This document shows, one piece after another, positions 1-9,320 of a stretch of DNA of 64,000 nucleotides. The stretch spans positions 96,828 to 160,827 of the forward strand of contig DAIDAG010000066.1 in assembly GCA_027310725.1 (NCBI GenBank), written 5' to 3'. Numbering within the stretch: the stretch's first letter is position 1; each line of letters starts with the position of its first letter. Below the pieces are notes generated by a model. It was not told where the DNA came from and made no database searches. It saw only the letters and a program-made list of their open reading frames with translations. A program made the position numbers and the translations under genes. The stretch comes from Sideroxydans sp. (GTDB lineage Bacteria > Pseudomonadota > Gammaproteobacteria > Burkholderiales > Gallionellaceae).

Positions 1-2
1 CC

Positions 3-842
3 GGTTACGGCTTTGTAGTTAATGAATGGATGAAGCTAAAAACAGGGGCACTGCGCGGGTTTATTAAGTGCTCAGATGGTCGTTTATACCACCCTGTTGT
101 GGCCGAAAAGGCCAATGAGGCTTGGATTAGCAAGCAAGCCTATCGCAAGAAACTCGAATTCGATCGCCAGCGTAAAGCGGCCAAGGCTGCTCAGGCTGAT
201 CTCAATTTTTCCGATGGAAATACGGAAGTTTCCGACGGAAACTCACACCAAGCATCACATGATTTTCCTCAATCCAATTCCTTTGGAATTAGTGACAATT
301 CCGCTGGAATTACTAAATCAACTAATTCCGCTGGAAATCTGGATATATCTGATGGAGAAACACATCACTCCGGCGGAACAAATAATGTTTCCAACGGAAT
401 TCCTGCGGAAAACGCTCTTAAAGTGACAGTGGATAGTGATAGTTATATAAAACCTACTCTCTCTACTGTTGGGTCGGCACCTGTAAATAGTTCAACTTCA
501 ATCCCGTCACCAGAAAAACCCATTCCACTTTCACGCAGAAAGCAACCTGGTGTCCCAATTCCGGAGAACTTCACGATCTCTGATCGAGTTCGGAAGTGGG
601 CACAGGAGCACGGGCATGACCGGCTGGAGGAACGATTCGATTTCTTCCTCACACGATGTCGTTCTAAGGGGTATCTGTATGTCGATTGGGATGCAGCCTT
701 TGAAGTAGCTGTAAGGGATGATTGGGGCGACTTTAACCGGACAGGTGGCGTTGGGAAACGCGGAGTCAGCAAAAATCATTCGAAGCCGGCGCGGTCAGTT
801 GTGCGGCCAGTTGGTGGATTTGGTCAATCAGGGAGAATTTGA
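3..842 (+). CDS. Phage-type replication initiator (DUF1376/YdaU-like N-terminus), 5'-truncated by the window edge
   Basis: The frame is open from position 3 (GYGFVVNEWMKLKTGALRGFIKCSDGRLYHPVVAEKANEAW). It has a low-complexity middle carrying DNA repeats and a C-terminal helical domain (YVDWDAAF), and it is coupled to a DnaC-like gene like lambdoid O/P modules. Confidence 0.75.
   Translation, partial: GYGFVVNEWMKLKTGALRGFIKCSDGRLYHPVVAEKANEAWISKQAYRKKLEFDRQRKAAKAAQADLNFSDGNTEVSDGNSHQASHDFPQSNSFGISDNSAGITKSTNSAGNLDISDGETHHSGGTNNVSNGIPAENALKVTVDSDSYIKPTLSTVGSAPVNSSTSIPSPEKPIPLSRRKQPGVPIPENFTISDRVRKWAQEHGHDRLEERFDFFLTRCRSKGYLYVDWDAAFEVAVRDDWGDFNRTGGVGKRGVSKNHSKPARSVVRPVGGFGQSGRI
209..410. repeat. 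Iteron-like palindromic repeats TTCC-N3-GGAA (putative replication origin)
   Basis: Copies at 209, 230, 278, 299, 326, 347 (degenerate), 368 (1 mismatch), 389 and 400, mostly 21 bp apart, inside the initiator gene. Confidence 0.75.
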
Positions 843-1624
843 TGAAAAGCTTGAACGGAGACAAAGTGGTTTCAATAATCAGTGAGCAAACGGTTTTTTG
901 CCCAAATCACGGGAAATACCAAAGTCGCAACGTGATCGGGAAGACGTGGACAACATGTCCGCGTTGCCAAAAAGATGAAAGTGACGCTCTTGAGGCAGTA
1001 GCCGAACAAAAGCGTCGGCAGGACAAGCAGAATGAATTGCAGCGCCGAGTTGGAGAGGCATGCATACCAGCTCGCTTTCGGGATAGAACATTCGAGGTCT
1101 TCAACGCAAATTCAGATTCGTTGCGTTTTGCACTGGATTTTGCCCTGGAATATGCAAACAACTTCGATGATGTGCTTCGTGCAGGACGAAGCGCGATCTT
1201 TCATGGCAACCCGGGCACCGGGAAAACGCATCTTTCGGTGGCGATCGGGCTGTACATCATGAGCCATGATCAAAGAACGGTGCTGTTCTCAACAGCGCTT
1301 CGCATGATCCGTCGAGTCAAAGATTGCTGGAAGCGTGATTCAGTTGATTCTGAAAGCAAGATCATTTCACTTTTTGCTTCGCCGGATCTCTTGATCGTCG
1401 ACGAAGTTGGCGTTCAGTTTGGAAGTGAGGCTGAACGCATCATCATGTTTGACATCCTGAACGAGCGATACGAAAAGCGCCGTCCGACAATATTTCTGTC
1501 AAACCTCGATCGCGAAGGGGTAGTTGAGTTCATGGGCGAGCGCGTTATTGATCGCCTGCGCGAAGATGGAGGGATGTTTATTGCGTTTGATGGCGAGAGC
1601 TATCGTCCGAATTTGGCTCCTTGA
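839..1624 (+). CDS. DnaC/IstB-like AAA+ helicase loader
   Basis: N-terminal CPNH..CPRC zinc site, IPARF motif, Walker A GNPGTGKT, Walker B LLIVDEVG, RYE..RPTIFLSNL and DRL. Confidence 0.9.
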   Translation: MMKSLNGDKVVSIISEQTVFCPNHGKYQSRNVIGKTWTTCPRCQKDESDALEAVAEQKRRQDKQNELQRRVGEACIPARFRDRTFEVFNANSDSLRFALDFALEYANNFDDVLRAGRSAIFHGNPGTGKTHLSVAIGLYIMSHDQRTVLFSTALRMIRRVKDCWKRDSVDSESKIISLFASPDLLIVDEVGVQFGSEAERIIMFDILNERYEKRRPTIFLSNLDREGVVEFMGERVIDRLREDGGMFIAFDGESYRPNLAP

Positions 1625-1641
1625 ACGAGCGGGGTAATTAA

Positions 1642-1660
1642 TGCAAGATATGCACATGCA
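1642..1660. promoter_or_regulatory. TGCA-N11-TGCA operator
   Basis: TGCAagatatgcacaTGCA, intergenic, upstream of 1688. Confidence 0.6.
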
Positions 1661-1687
1661 CAACACTAAACAAACCGGAACAGCATC

Positions 1688-2044
1688 ATGACGATGCAAA
1701 GCCTGCGCGAGATGCTTGAAGCAGCCGCGCGATATTCCGCTGAGCAGACTGCTGAGAACCGTGCCATTGAGCAGGAGAAGGCAAAGAACAGGAAAACGCG
1801 TCCGACGGCTGCTGAGAGTCGCGCGCGACGCGCCCGCAAGGCCGCTCTTGATCCTGCACTTTGCTCGACGTGTCAAAAAGAACCGAAATACAAGACCAAG
1901 GCTGGTGTGTCCTATGGGACGCAGTGCTACACATGCATTACCAAACAGCGGCTGGAGCGGGAAGCAAAAAACAAGAAACCGGGTTCTAAAGAAAAACCAG
2001 CCGGTACCAAGAACAACAAACATTTCGAGAGTGCGACATGCTGA
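1688..2044 (+). CDS. Basic hypothetical protein with CxxC...CxxC zinc-finger-like motif
   Basis: CSTC...CYTC, K/R-rich; overlaps the start of the next gene. Confidence 0.55.
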   Translation: MTMQSLREMLEAAARYSAEQTAENRAIEQEKAKNRKTRPTAAESRARRARKAALDPALCSTCQKEPKYKTKAGVSYGTQCYTCITKQRLEREAKNKKPGSKEKPAGTKNNKHFESATC

Positions 2045-2688
2045 TAATTTCGGTCAAGCGCGGCAGGTGGCGCAACAAAGGCGGCATTGAGTCCGGCGAC
2101 AAGGAATTCCAGGCCCGCAGGCCGCAGGCAATTTCTCGCGACGGTGGCCGCTGCAGGTTTTGCAGTGTCAAGCTGGAAAAGATGCACGTCCACCACAAGG
2201 ATGACGATCATGACCACAACAGCCTTCCAAACCTATGGACTGCAGACGAATTGTGCCATGCAGTGTGCCATGTAGGATTGCTTGGGAAGGCAGGGAGCAT
2301 TACCTATCTGCCGGCGATGTCGCAAGAGGATATTTCACACCTGACGCGGGCGATTATTGTCGTCATTGCACGGGGCGGCAAGGATGCTGATGATGCTCGC
2401 CAGCTTGCGCGGTACCTGATCGCGAAGTTTTCCGAGCCAGTTACATCGACGTTCGGATCCTGCAACCCAGCCGAATTAGGGAATGCGCTACTTCAGTTGT
2501 CGGATTCCAGTTACAACAGTCGCGTGACAACGATGAAGGATATGCGAGTCCTGTTCAATGTGGATGTACTGTCGAAATCAGCAGGCAGCATCGCAAAGGT
2601 GTTGTACCCCAAGTCGCAAGATGACATTGTCGGAGACTGGCAGCGAATTGCCGAAGACATTGACGCCAAGGCGGGGATGCAGGCGTGA
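2038..2688 (+). CDS. icmJ: Type IVB secretion protein IcmJ/DotN-like
   Basis: RD..RCRFC...HVHHKDDDH.HN...NL...ELCH..CH followed by ITYLPAMSQEDISHL, the pattern of DotN/IcmJ; IcmB and DotA homologs are nearby. Confidence 0.75.
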   Translation: MLIISVKRGRWRNKGGIESGDKEFQARRPQAISRDGGRCRFCSVKLEKMHVHHKDDDHDHNSLPNLWTADELCHAVCHVGLLGKAGSITYLPAMSQEDISHLTRAIIVVIARGGKDADDARQLARYLIAKFSEPVTSTFGSCNPAELGNALLQLSDSSYNSRVTTMKDMRVLFNVDVLSKSAGSIAKVLYPKSQDDIVGDWQRIAEDIDAKAGMQA

Positions 2689-3854
2689 ATACAGGCGTTG
2701 AATTCGGGGTTGCATTTTTTGACAGTACAAACACAAAGGATGGGGGTGGCTGGTACTCCATGAATGGCGAGCGTGCCATGCGGTTTAACGGCTTCTCAGA
2801 CCTTGATGCCAGGCATGTGTGGATCACCAACCTGGCCATGTCAGACTTTTATGAGCAAGGTCTATCCAAGGCGGCTCACTTGCGGAACTCCAGTTTCTTT
2901 CATCAGACTCTTCAACATATCTCGAATGATTGCGGTTTTCAGCAAGGCTCTTCTATTCCGTTAGTCGTTGAGCAACTCAGCGGGATCGCGGCGCGCGTGA
3001 TGGAAATTTCGAAGCTCTGCATGCCCGGGCTGCGTATTCTGAAATCACTGCACGACAGCATCTATGACTTTATTGGGCTTGATGACATCAAGGATGACGC
3101 AGCTTGTATGTACCAGCCGGAGTTTCAGGCGGCATTTCAGGAAAATTCGTATGTTGCCGGAATTTATTGGCCGAGAGGTATTGGTACGGCGAGGTTGTCA
3201 ATGAATCGTGTCGATTTTGCTGAAGAAGTGCTTGGATACCCTTTCCCCATAGGCGCATGGCATTACGAGCGGAGCAATATGTCTGTGGATGATTTTATCA
3301 ATCTGGACGTTCCAGCCATCGCGTGTGTTGAAGTGGATCTCAAATCGGCAAATAAGCCTGAGCTATTAGCATTCGGTGCACAGATGAGCGGTACGGCAGT
3401 GATGCGCGAGTGGATCACTCAGCCCGAAGCGGCGATGCTAAAAATGGCGGATGCGAAGATCCGTATCAGTAACATTCTGCGTGGCAGCGCGATAAACGAC
3501 AGCGTTGAATTGCCATCATTACTTACAGGGGATGCTTTGATTCGTTCATCCTATTCTGCTGGTTTGGTAGCAGAGAATTATTTGCATGCGTTGACATCGA
3601 AGCGGTACGACAAAAGAACAAGGAACTCGCGGAACACATATTTCTTTCCATCTAGAGCGGTTTACCTGAAGGCTGTTGACCGGATGTTGTCCTACAGCCT
3701 CGCCCGGCAAATGTCTGATCGAGACCATATTGTGTCGATGTATGGTTTTGGCGCGATAAACATCTTGGTGACTGAAGACTTGTTCGCAGAAGCCGTGAAG
3801 GACGCTGCTGATATGGGGTTTGCCATCGTGTCTTCGAAGTTCAAACAAGAGTAG
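2685..3854 (+). CDS. Hypothetical protein, possibly a degenerate family B DNA polymerase-like fold
   Basis: 389-aa ORF with GTG start coupled to icmJ; weak resemblance to PolB motif order (see findings). Confidence 0.6.
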   Translation: MNTGVEFGVAFFDSTNTKDGGGWYSMNGERAMRFNGFSDLDARHVWITNLAMSDFYEQGLSKAAHLRNSSFFHQTLQHISNDCGFQQGSSIPLVVEQLSGIAARVMEISKLCMPGLRILKSLHDSIYDFIGLDDIKDDAACMYQPEFQAAFQENSYVAGIYWPRGIGTARLSMNRVDFAEEVLGYPFPIGAWHYERSNMSVDDFINLDVPAIACVEVDLKSANKPELLAFGAQMSGTAVMREWITQPEAAMLKMADAKIRISNILRGSAINDSVELPSLLTGDALIRSSYSAGLVAENYLHALTSKRYDKRTRNSRNTYFFPSRAVYLKAVDRMLSYSLARQMSDRDHIVSMYGFGAINILVTEDLFAEAVKDAADMGFAIVSSKFKQE

Positions 3855-3862
3855 GGGGAATT

Positions 3863-4138
3863 GTGCAACGTCTAAATTCGTATTACTTCGCGGCCAGCAT
3901 CAACCGGCTCATGTTGTTTTCTCGTGGCAAATCGATCACCGAGATCGATCGGCTCGCGGTCGCGCACATCAAGGATCAACAGCCGCAAACCATCCTGGGG
4001 GTCGCCAAGATATTCATGGGTGGCATCAATGATCGCGATTTTGGGCAGAACATCAAAAACATCATGGCCGGCGGCATGATTGAGAGATTGAAGATCGAAG
4101 CAACAAGTATCGTTTCAACCAAGAAAGGTGAGCAATGA
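3863..4138 (+). CDS. Hypothetical protein
   Basis: RBS GGGGAA, GTG start, ATGA overlap with the next gene. Confidence 0.6.
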   Translation: MQRLNSYYFAASINRLMLFSRGKSITEIDRLAVAHIKDQQPQTILGVAKIFMGGINDRDFGQNIKNIMAGGMIERLKIEATSIVSTKKGEQ

Positions 4139-4728
4139 AGACAAAGTTGCAAGTGAGCAAAGGTGCATTGGGAGTTTTACTTCTGGCAGCGAGTAGCAGT
4201 GTATGGGCGCAAAACAGTGTGCTTGATGGTCATGTTGTTGGCGTGACTGATGGGGACACGATCACCGTGCTGGATGCGTTGAACAAGACGCATGAAATAC
4301 GTCTTGCGTGGATTGATGCCCCGGAAACGAGTTGCCATATGCGCAGACCATCGCGTTTTGATGAAGAGTGTGTTGAACACAGTCAGAACTTCGGCAAAGC
4401 CGCGAAGCGCAATTTGTCCGGCATGGTGTATGACCAGGATGTCCGCATTCATGTACTGGAAGGTTCGACATACGGCGGGGAAATCGGTGTGGTCTTTCTT
4501 GGGGCTACTGACGTGAACTACCAGCAGGTAGTCAGCGGGTACGCTTGGCACTATCAAAAATACGCCGTCATGACACAAACACCAGCTCAGTTTGACTTGT
4601 ACCGCAACGCGGAACAGGACGCCAAGCAGGGTGGGTTGGGGTTGTGGGCTGACAAGGAACCGTTGGCGCCATGGGATTTTCGGGCGATCAACCGGAAAGC
4701 AGGCGTCGATTATCGGTTTCCCCACTGA
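4135..4728 (+). CDS. Secreted thermonuclease (SNase family)
   Basis: Signal peptide, VTDGDTI, IRLAWIDAPE, GYAW, A..AK..GLGLW....PWDFR. Confidence 0.9.
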   Translation: MKTKLQVSKGALGVLLLAASSSVWAQNSVLDGHVVGVTDGDTITVLDALNKTHEIRLAWIDAPETSCHMRRPSRFDEECVEHSQNFGKAAKRNLSGMVYDQDVRIHVLEGSTYGGEIGVVFLGATDVNYQQVVSGYAWHYQKYAVMTQTPAQFDLYRNAEQDAKQGGLGLWADKEPLAPWDFRAINRKAGVDYRFPH

Positions 4729-4739
4729 GCGAAAAAAAT

Positions 4740-5840
4740 ATGATTAAGCACGTCGTTTCATTTTCCGGTGGAGTAGATAGCCTCGCAACTTTGCTTGTTG
4801 CGCTGGAAAACTGCCCACGTGAAGACATTATTCCGATCTTCTGCGACACAGGGAACGAGCACCAAGCGGTGCATGATTACCTGGTCTATGTCGAGCAGGC
4901 GCTAGACATCGAAATCGTTCGCCTCAAGGCAGACTTTGCCGAGCAGATATACGCCAAGCGCATATTCATTGCGCGCGACCAACGCCGTGGCAGAAAGCAC
5001 CGGAAAGTGCCTAAAACAGACCGCAACGGCAATCCGGTGTACGAGAAGAACAAAGACGGGTCGGTTCGCATGTATCCAATCTATGCAGACAATGAAGATG
5101 ACCTGGAAGACCCGATTGTCATTGGACAAGAGCCACGCCAGCGCATTGGTTGGGATAGCGGAAAGCGCATCCGTTGGAGCAACAAAGCGAAGCGTCGCGC
5201 GCTGGCCGCGTTGCATCCAACCGGGAATCCGTTTTTAGACCTGTGCATGTGGAAGGGGCGTTTCCCAAGCCGCAAGGCCCAGTTCTGCACCGAAGAACTG
5301 AAGCGCAACATGGCTGTTTCATTCCAGCTTGACCTGATTGACGCGGGACATCGCGTACTGAGCTGGCAGGGTGTGCGCCGGGATGAGTCAATGAACCGCC
5401 GTAATGCAAAGAAGATCGAGCGTATAGGTGGTGGAATCTGGACATTCAGACCAATTGTTGAGTGGACGAAGCTGCAGGCATTCAAGTTTTGCTCATCGCG
5501 CGGGCTGCAACCAAACCCACTCTACAAGCAGGGTATGGGGCGAGTCGGATGCATGCCGTGCATCAATGTCAACAAGGCAGAACTGGCCGAGATTTCCCGC
5601 AGATTTCCAGAGGCCATCGAAGAGAAGGCCCGATGGGAAAAGCAGGTCGCGGCATGTTCAAAACGTATGGCCGCAACATTTATCCCGGCACCCGGGATTA
5701 CTCCAAGCCAGGCGAAAGACAACACCATTTGGCATGTAGTCGAATGGGCAAAAACAACGCGCGGTGGAAGGCAGTTTGATCTGCTCGGAGATTTGGCTGA
5801 GCCAACTGCCTGCGCGTCCGCTTATGGGCTGTGCGGATGA
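4740..5840 (+). CDS. Phage/plasmid-type PAPS reductase family protein
   Basis: SFSGGVDS, FCDTGNEH, FCTEELK, GVRRDES..R, RPIVEW, NPLY..G..RVGCMPC; ATG at 4740. Confidence 0.85.
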   Translation: MIKHVVSFSGGVDSLATLLVALENCPREDIIPIFCDTGNEHQAVHDYLVYVEQALDIEIVRLKADFAEQIYAKRIFIARDQRRGRKHRKVPKTDRNGNPVYEKNKDGSVRMYPIYADNEDDLEDPIVIGQEPRQRIGWDSGKRIRWSNKAKRRALAALHPTGNPFLDLCMWKGRFPSRKAQFCTEELKRNMAVSFQLDLIDAGHRVLSWQGVRRDESMNRRNAKKIERIGGGIWTFRPIVEWTKLQAFKFCSSRGLQPNPLYKQGMGRVGCMPCINVNKAELAEISRRFPEAIEEKARWEKQVAACSKRMAATFIPAPGITPSQAKDNTIWHVVEWAKTTRGGRQFDLLGDLAEPTACASAYGLCG

Positions 5841-5862
5841 ATTCGCTGGCTAAATAATTTAA

Positions 5863-5881
5863 TGCATCATATTATCATGCA
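5863..5881. promoter_or_regulatory. TGCA-N11-TGCA operator
   Basis: TGCAtcatattatcaTGCA upstream of the 5912-icmB operon. Confidence 0.65.
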
Positions 5882-5911
5882 CTAATTGAACGGCATCAAA
5901 CAGGAGGTTGT

Positions 5912-6193
5912 ATGGCTGAAGCGGCGAAGAAATTGAACGAGTCGGAAGTTTTCATTGTTTCTGCAATTGAAAAGTCCGCCTTTAACGGGATGGGCAAGAT
6001 CAGTCCGGAAGACATCAAGCTCATCCCTGTATCCGGCGCCGAAAGCGAAGCTACTGTACATGAGCACTTTCATCAGGAAATGAAGCATCTGAAAGTCATC
6101 GGCGTGTCTTCACTTGAATACCTGCGCTTCCAGGAAAGAATCATGCTGGAGCATCTGCAAGAAAACGGTTTTGTGCTTGAGACAAACCACTAA
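5912..6193 (+). CDS. Hypothetical protein
   Basis: Strong RBS (CAGGAGG), directly upstream of icmB. Confidence 0.65.
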   Translation: MAEAAKKLNESEVFIVSAIEKSAFNGMGKISPEDIKLIPVSGAESEATVHEHFHQEMKHLKVIGVSSLEYLRFQERIMLEHLQENGFVLETNH

Positions 6194-6206
6194 AGGGAGC
6201 TAAGAC

Positions 6207-9200
6207 ATGGCCTGGATGTGGATGTTCTTGCTGGTAGCGACGTTTTTTCTGATATTGGGGTTCAGCAAACAATTCCTCGTCGGAATCGAAACGCTTGCTC
6301 AGTGGGTCTCGTCCTTTGTGAAGCAGGATTTTTCGGCGTTTGTAACGCTGGAAAGCGTTGTGGACTATACAACGTTCTTGCGCAACGACGGCGGAATGGT
6401 GACGGTGATTGAATATGCCGGCGCCACGCAGATCATGGGGCGAACTGAATTCATGCAGATGTCCTCATCCGTTGACAATTTCTTTGCGCGACAGATGGGT
6501 GGTATTGGCCACGATCTTCAGGTGGTTTATCGTCAGGACAGCGGCAGTTCAGGCGTCGCAATCCGAAACGCCCTGACGAAGACCCGCGCTACCGCCAACC
6601 GTATCGGCCTTGACATCGAAGACCTGCTTGATGCCGAAGAAGACACCTTGAAGAAGGTGGTCGTAGATGAATCGATTTGGATCGTTGTGTCCACTTCACT
6701 TGCAGTGATCGAAAATCAGGAATCACTAAAGGAAGACGCCCAGAAGAAGGCTGAATTGGCGCGAGATATGAATTTGCCGCCACTTGGCTCCGCACAGAAC
6801 CCGCTCAAAATTGTAGAAGACCTCCTGCCCAAGCACGAAGGGTTCGTCAATGAAGTCTGGAATCTGTTCAACACGAGCGGCAAGTCCTCGGCGCGAATCA
6901 TGGACTGCCACGAGGTTGTCACAGCAATCCGCCGAGAGATTCAGCCGTTATCAACCAGTCCTGATTTTATTCCATGCCTCCCGGGTGACCGCGCTCCGAT
7001 GACAACCACCTTTTATGGTGCTCGCCCGTGGGAAGATATCTATTACCCGCCAATCTGGTCTCAGGCATGCAATTCTGAAATCACCGAACACTACAGCAAC
7101 GGCATGGAGAAGGTGTTTGTCGATGGCATGTACCACGGCACTGTTGCAATGGATCTGCCCCCGCAGACTCCTGAGCGCTTTGACCTGCTGATGAAGCGCC
7201 TGCGTCATATCCCGTTCCGGATCTCGTACCGTATCTACAATAGCGGACTTGACCGGTACAAGCTGAATCACACGCTCGTTCAATTCCTGTCTTTCAATCC
7301 CAAGTCAGAGAATCGCGCCATCAAAAACGCGATAGATACGATCATGGAAAGGGCGAAAGGCAGCACGGAGGCAGAAAAAACCGATCCAGCACTCGGGCTG
7401 GCGGTAACGATTACGACCTGGTCTGAAAGCGAGAAGACCTGTATTCAGAATATGCAGCTCATTCAGCGCGCGATGCAAAGCTGGGGTGGTTGCGACGTGT
7501 TACCTCGGGCGGGCGATGCAACCGATCTGTTTGTATCATCGCTTCCAGCCTTGTCTCACAGTTCGCCGGCGCGCTTCACCCTGAATAACGGCAGCGACAT
7601 CGCCAAGATGTTGCCTCTGTTCAGGCCAGCATCGCTATGGAAAGACGGCGCGGTGATCTTTACCTCGCCGGACGGGCGAATGATGCCGTTCCAGCCGGGT
7701 TCATCGTTGCAAAATGCATGGGTCTACCTCATATTCGCAACGATGGGGTCTGGCAAATCTGTTTTGCTCAACACGATAGAGCTGGGCATGTGCCTGGCGC
7801 CAGGCTTGAGCCGCCTGCCACTGATGACCGTGATCGACGTTGGTGAATCTGTCGCCGGCATGATCTCGGTGGTGCAGTCCTCCCTCCCGGATGGGCGCAA
7901 GCACGAGGCAGGTTACTTCAAGGTGAAAATGAGCGCGGAATTCGCGTTCAACGTGTTCGATACCCAGCTCGGGTTCCGCTTCCCGTTAGCGCGCGACCGT
8001 GATTTCCTGCGCAATTTCCTGACCATGATCGCAACTCCGGCGGGCGAGAAGACCGCCGAAAAGATGACCTCAGAACTGATGGGTATGGTCGTGGACGAGG
8101 CGTACAAAGAGCGCTCAGATGACCGGAATCCCGTGAAATTCCAGTTTGGTGTTGACCAGCAGGTTGACAAATGCATCAAAGCATCCGGCATCAAGATCGA
8201 CCAGGAAACGATCTGGTGGGAAGTAGTTGATGATTTATTTGCCGCCGGGCAGGTTGATAACTCCATCCGCGCGCAGCGCTACGCAGTTCCTACACTCGGC
8301 ATGATCCCGTCCATCCTGAAGAGTGGCGTCATCATGGACATGTTCTCCAACAACAATCCGCAGGGAGCTGCGTTGATCGAGGCAGCATCCATTATGGTCA
8401 ACGCCGCTATCCGCGATTACCCGGTGTTGTCCACCGTAACGCAATGGGACATCGGTTCCTGTCGTGTTGCTGGTATCGACTTGAACGATGTGCGCGGGAA
8501 TGGCGAGTCAGGTTTCAAGCAAACCGCGTTGATGTACGCTTTCGCGCAGCAGTCGGCAGCGCGAAACTATTACATCCACCCCGACATGCTCCCTCTCTGC
8601 AAAGAGATGTACCGCGATTATCACAGCAAGCGCGTTGAAGACGTGTGGTCTGAAATCAAGGCCATCATCTACGATGAATTCCATAACACGAAAGGTATTG
8701 AAGGTATCCGCCGTATCGTGAACATCGATATTCGCGAAGGACGGAAGTGGAACATCATGACCGTGCTGTCCAGCCAGTTGATTGAGGACTTCGATTCTGA
8801 CGCGATCGACAACATGACCGGCACGTTCATCCTGTCGGCCTCGAACGAAGGGGTAGTACAGAAGTGCAAGACCACCTTCGGTTTGTCGGATTCGGCAATC
8901 ACCGCGCTCAAAACCGAAGTGATCCGTCCGGGCACCGGCATGGTGATTTTTAATACCAAAGCCGGACAGAACATACAGGTTTTCCACAACCACCTGTCGC
9001 CGATCAAGATGTGGGCCTTCACGACCACCTCCGAAGACAAGATGGTACGCAAGCTCCTGTATGACGCCATGCCAGCGTCCCATGCCCGCCGGCTGCTTGC
9101 CAAGCGCTTCCCGAGATCCGGCCAGTTCAAGTCATACATTGAGCAGCAGCGCAACCGCATGATGTCTTCCGACGATGATGGCAACGTGATCAAGATCGTG

Positions 9201-9248
9201 GCCGAAGAGATCATTTCAGACTATCACAACGGGGCACTGCAGAGTTGA
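6207..9248 (+). CDS. icmB: Type IVB secretion ATPase IcmB/DotO (TraU-like)
   Basis: 1013 aa; RPASLW..G...F.SPDG...PFQPGSS.Q, Walker A ATMGSGKS, NVFDTQLG.R.P, AQRYAVPTL, YDEFH, REGRKWN. Confidence 0.9.
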   Translation: MAWMWMFLLVATFFLILGFSKQFLVGIETLAQWVSSFVKQDFSAFVTLESVVDYTTFLRNDGGMVTVIEYAGATQIMGRTEFMQMSSSVDNFFARQMGGIGHDLQVVYRQDSGSSGVAIRNALTKTRATANRIGLDIEDLLDAEEDTLKKVVVDESIWIVVSTSLAVIENQESLKEDAQKKAELARDMNLPPLGSAQNPLKIVEDLLPKHEGFVNEVWNLFNTSGKSSARIMDCHEVVTAIRREIQPLSTSPDFIPCLPGDRAPMTTTFYGARPWEDIYYPPIWSQACNSEITEHYSNGMEKVFVDGMYHGTVAMDLPPQTPERFDLLMKRLRHIPFRISYRIYNSGLDRYKLNHTLVQFLSFNPKSENRAIKNAIDTIMERAKGSTEAEKTDPALGLAVTITTWSESEKTCIQNMQLIQRAMQSWGGCDVLPRAGDATDLFVSSLPALSHSSPARFTLNNGSDIAKMLPLFRPASLWKDGAVIFTSPDGRMMPFQPGSSLQNAWVYLIFATMGSGKSVLLNTIELGMCLAPGLSRLPLMTVIDVGESVAGMISVVQSSLPDGRKHEAGYFKVKMSAEFAFNVFDTQLGFRFPLARDRDFLRNFLTMIATPAGEKTAEKMTSELMGMVVDEAYKERSDDRNPVKFQFGVDQQVDKCIKASGIKIDQETIWWEVVDDLFAAGQVDNSIRAQRYAVPTLGMIPSILKSGVIMDMFSNNNPQGAALIEAASIMVNAAIRDYPVLSTVTQWDIGSCRVAGIDLNDVRGNGESGFKQTALMYAFAQQSAARNYYIHPDMLPLCKEMYRDYHSKRVEDVWSEIKAIIYDEFHNTKGIEGIRRIVNIDIREGRKWNIMTVLSSQLIEDFDSDAIDNMTGTFILSASNEGVVQKCKTTFGLSDSAITALKTEVIRPGTGMVIFNTKAGQNIQVFHNHLSPIKMWAFTTTSEDKMVRKLLYDAMPASHARRLLAKRFPRSGQFKSYIEQQRNRMMSSDDDGNVIKIVAEEIISDYHNGALQS

Positions 9249-9265
9249 GCGTCGCTTTTTTATTC

Positions 9266-9284
9266 TGCAAGTTTATTTCATGCA
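9266..9284. promoter_or_regulatory. TGCA-N11-TGCA operator
   Basis: TGCAagtttatttcaTGCA upstream of 9321. Confidence 0.65.
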
Positions 9285-9320
9285 AGAATTATCCTGTTTG
9301 ATGAAAAACGGAGGGATAGC

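Noticed and set aside
209-410. Repeats considered as a CRISPR array
   Set aside because: Units are 11 bp, spacers are too short, they lie within a CDS, and no cas genes are present.
2038-2688. HNH homing endonuclease call
   Set aside because: The HNH-like zinc motif followed by YLP..SQ and the type IVB context fit IcmJ/DotN better.
4740-5840. Dnd phosphorothioation or sulfate assimilation operon
   Set aside because: No dndA/B/D/E, ssp or cys genes in the window.
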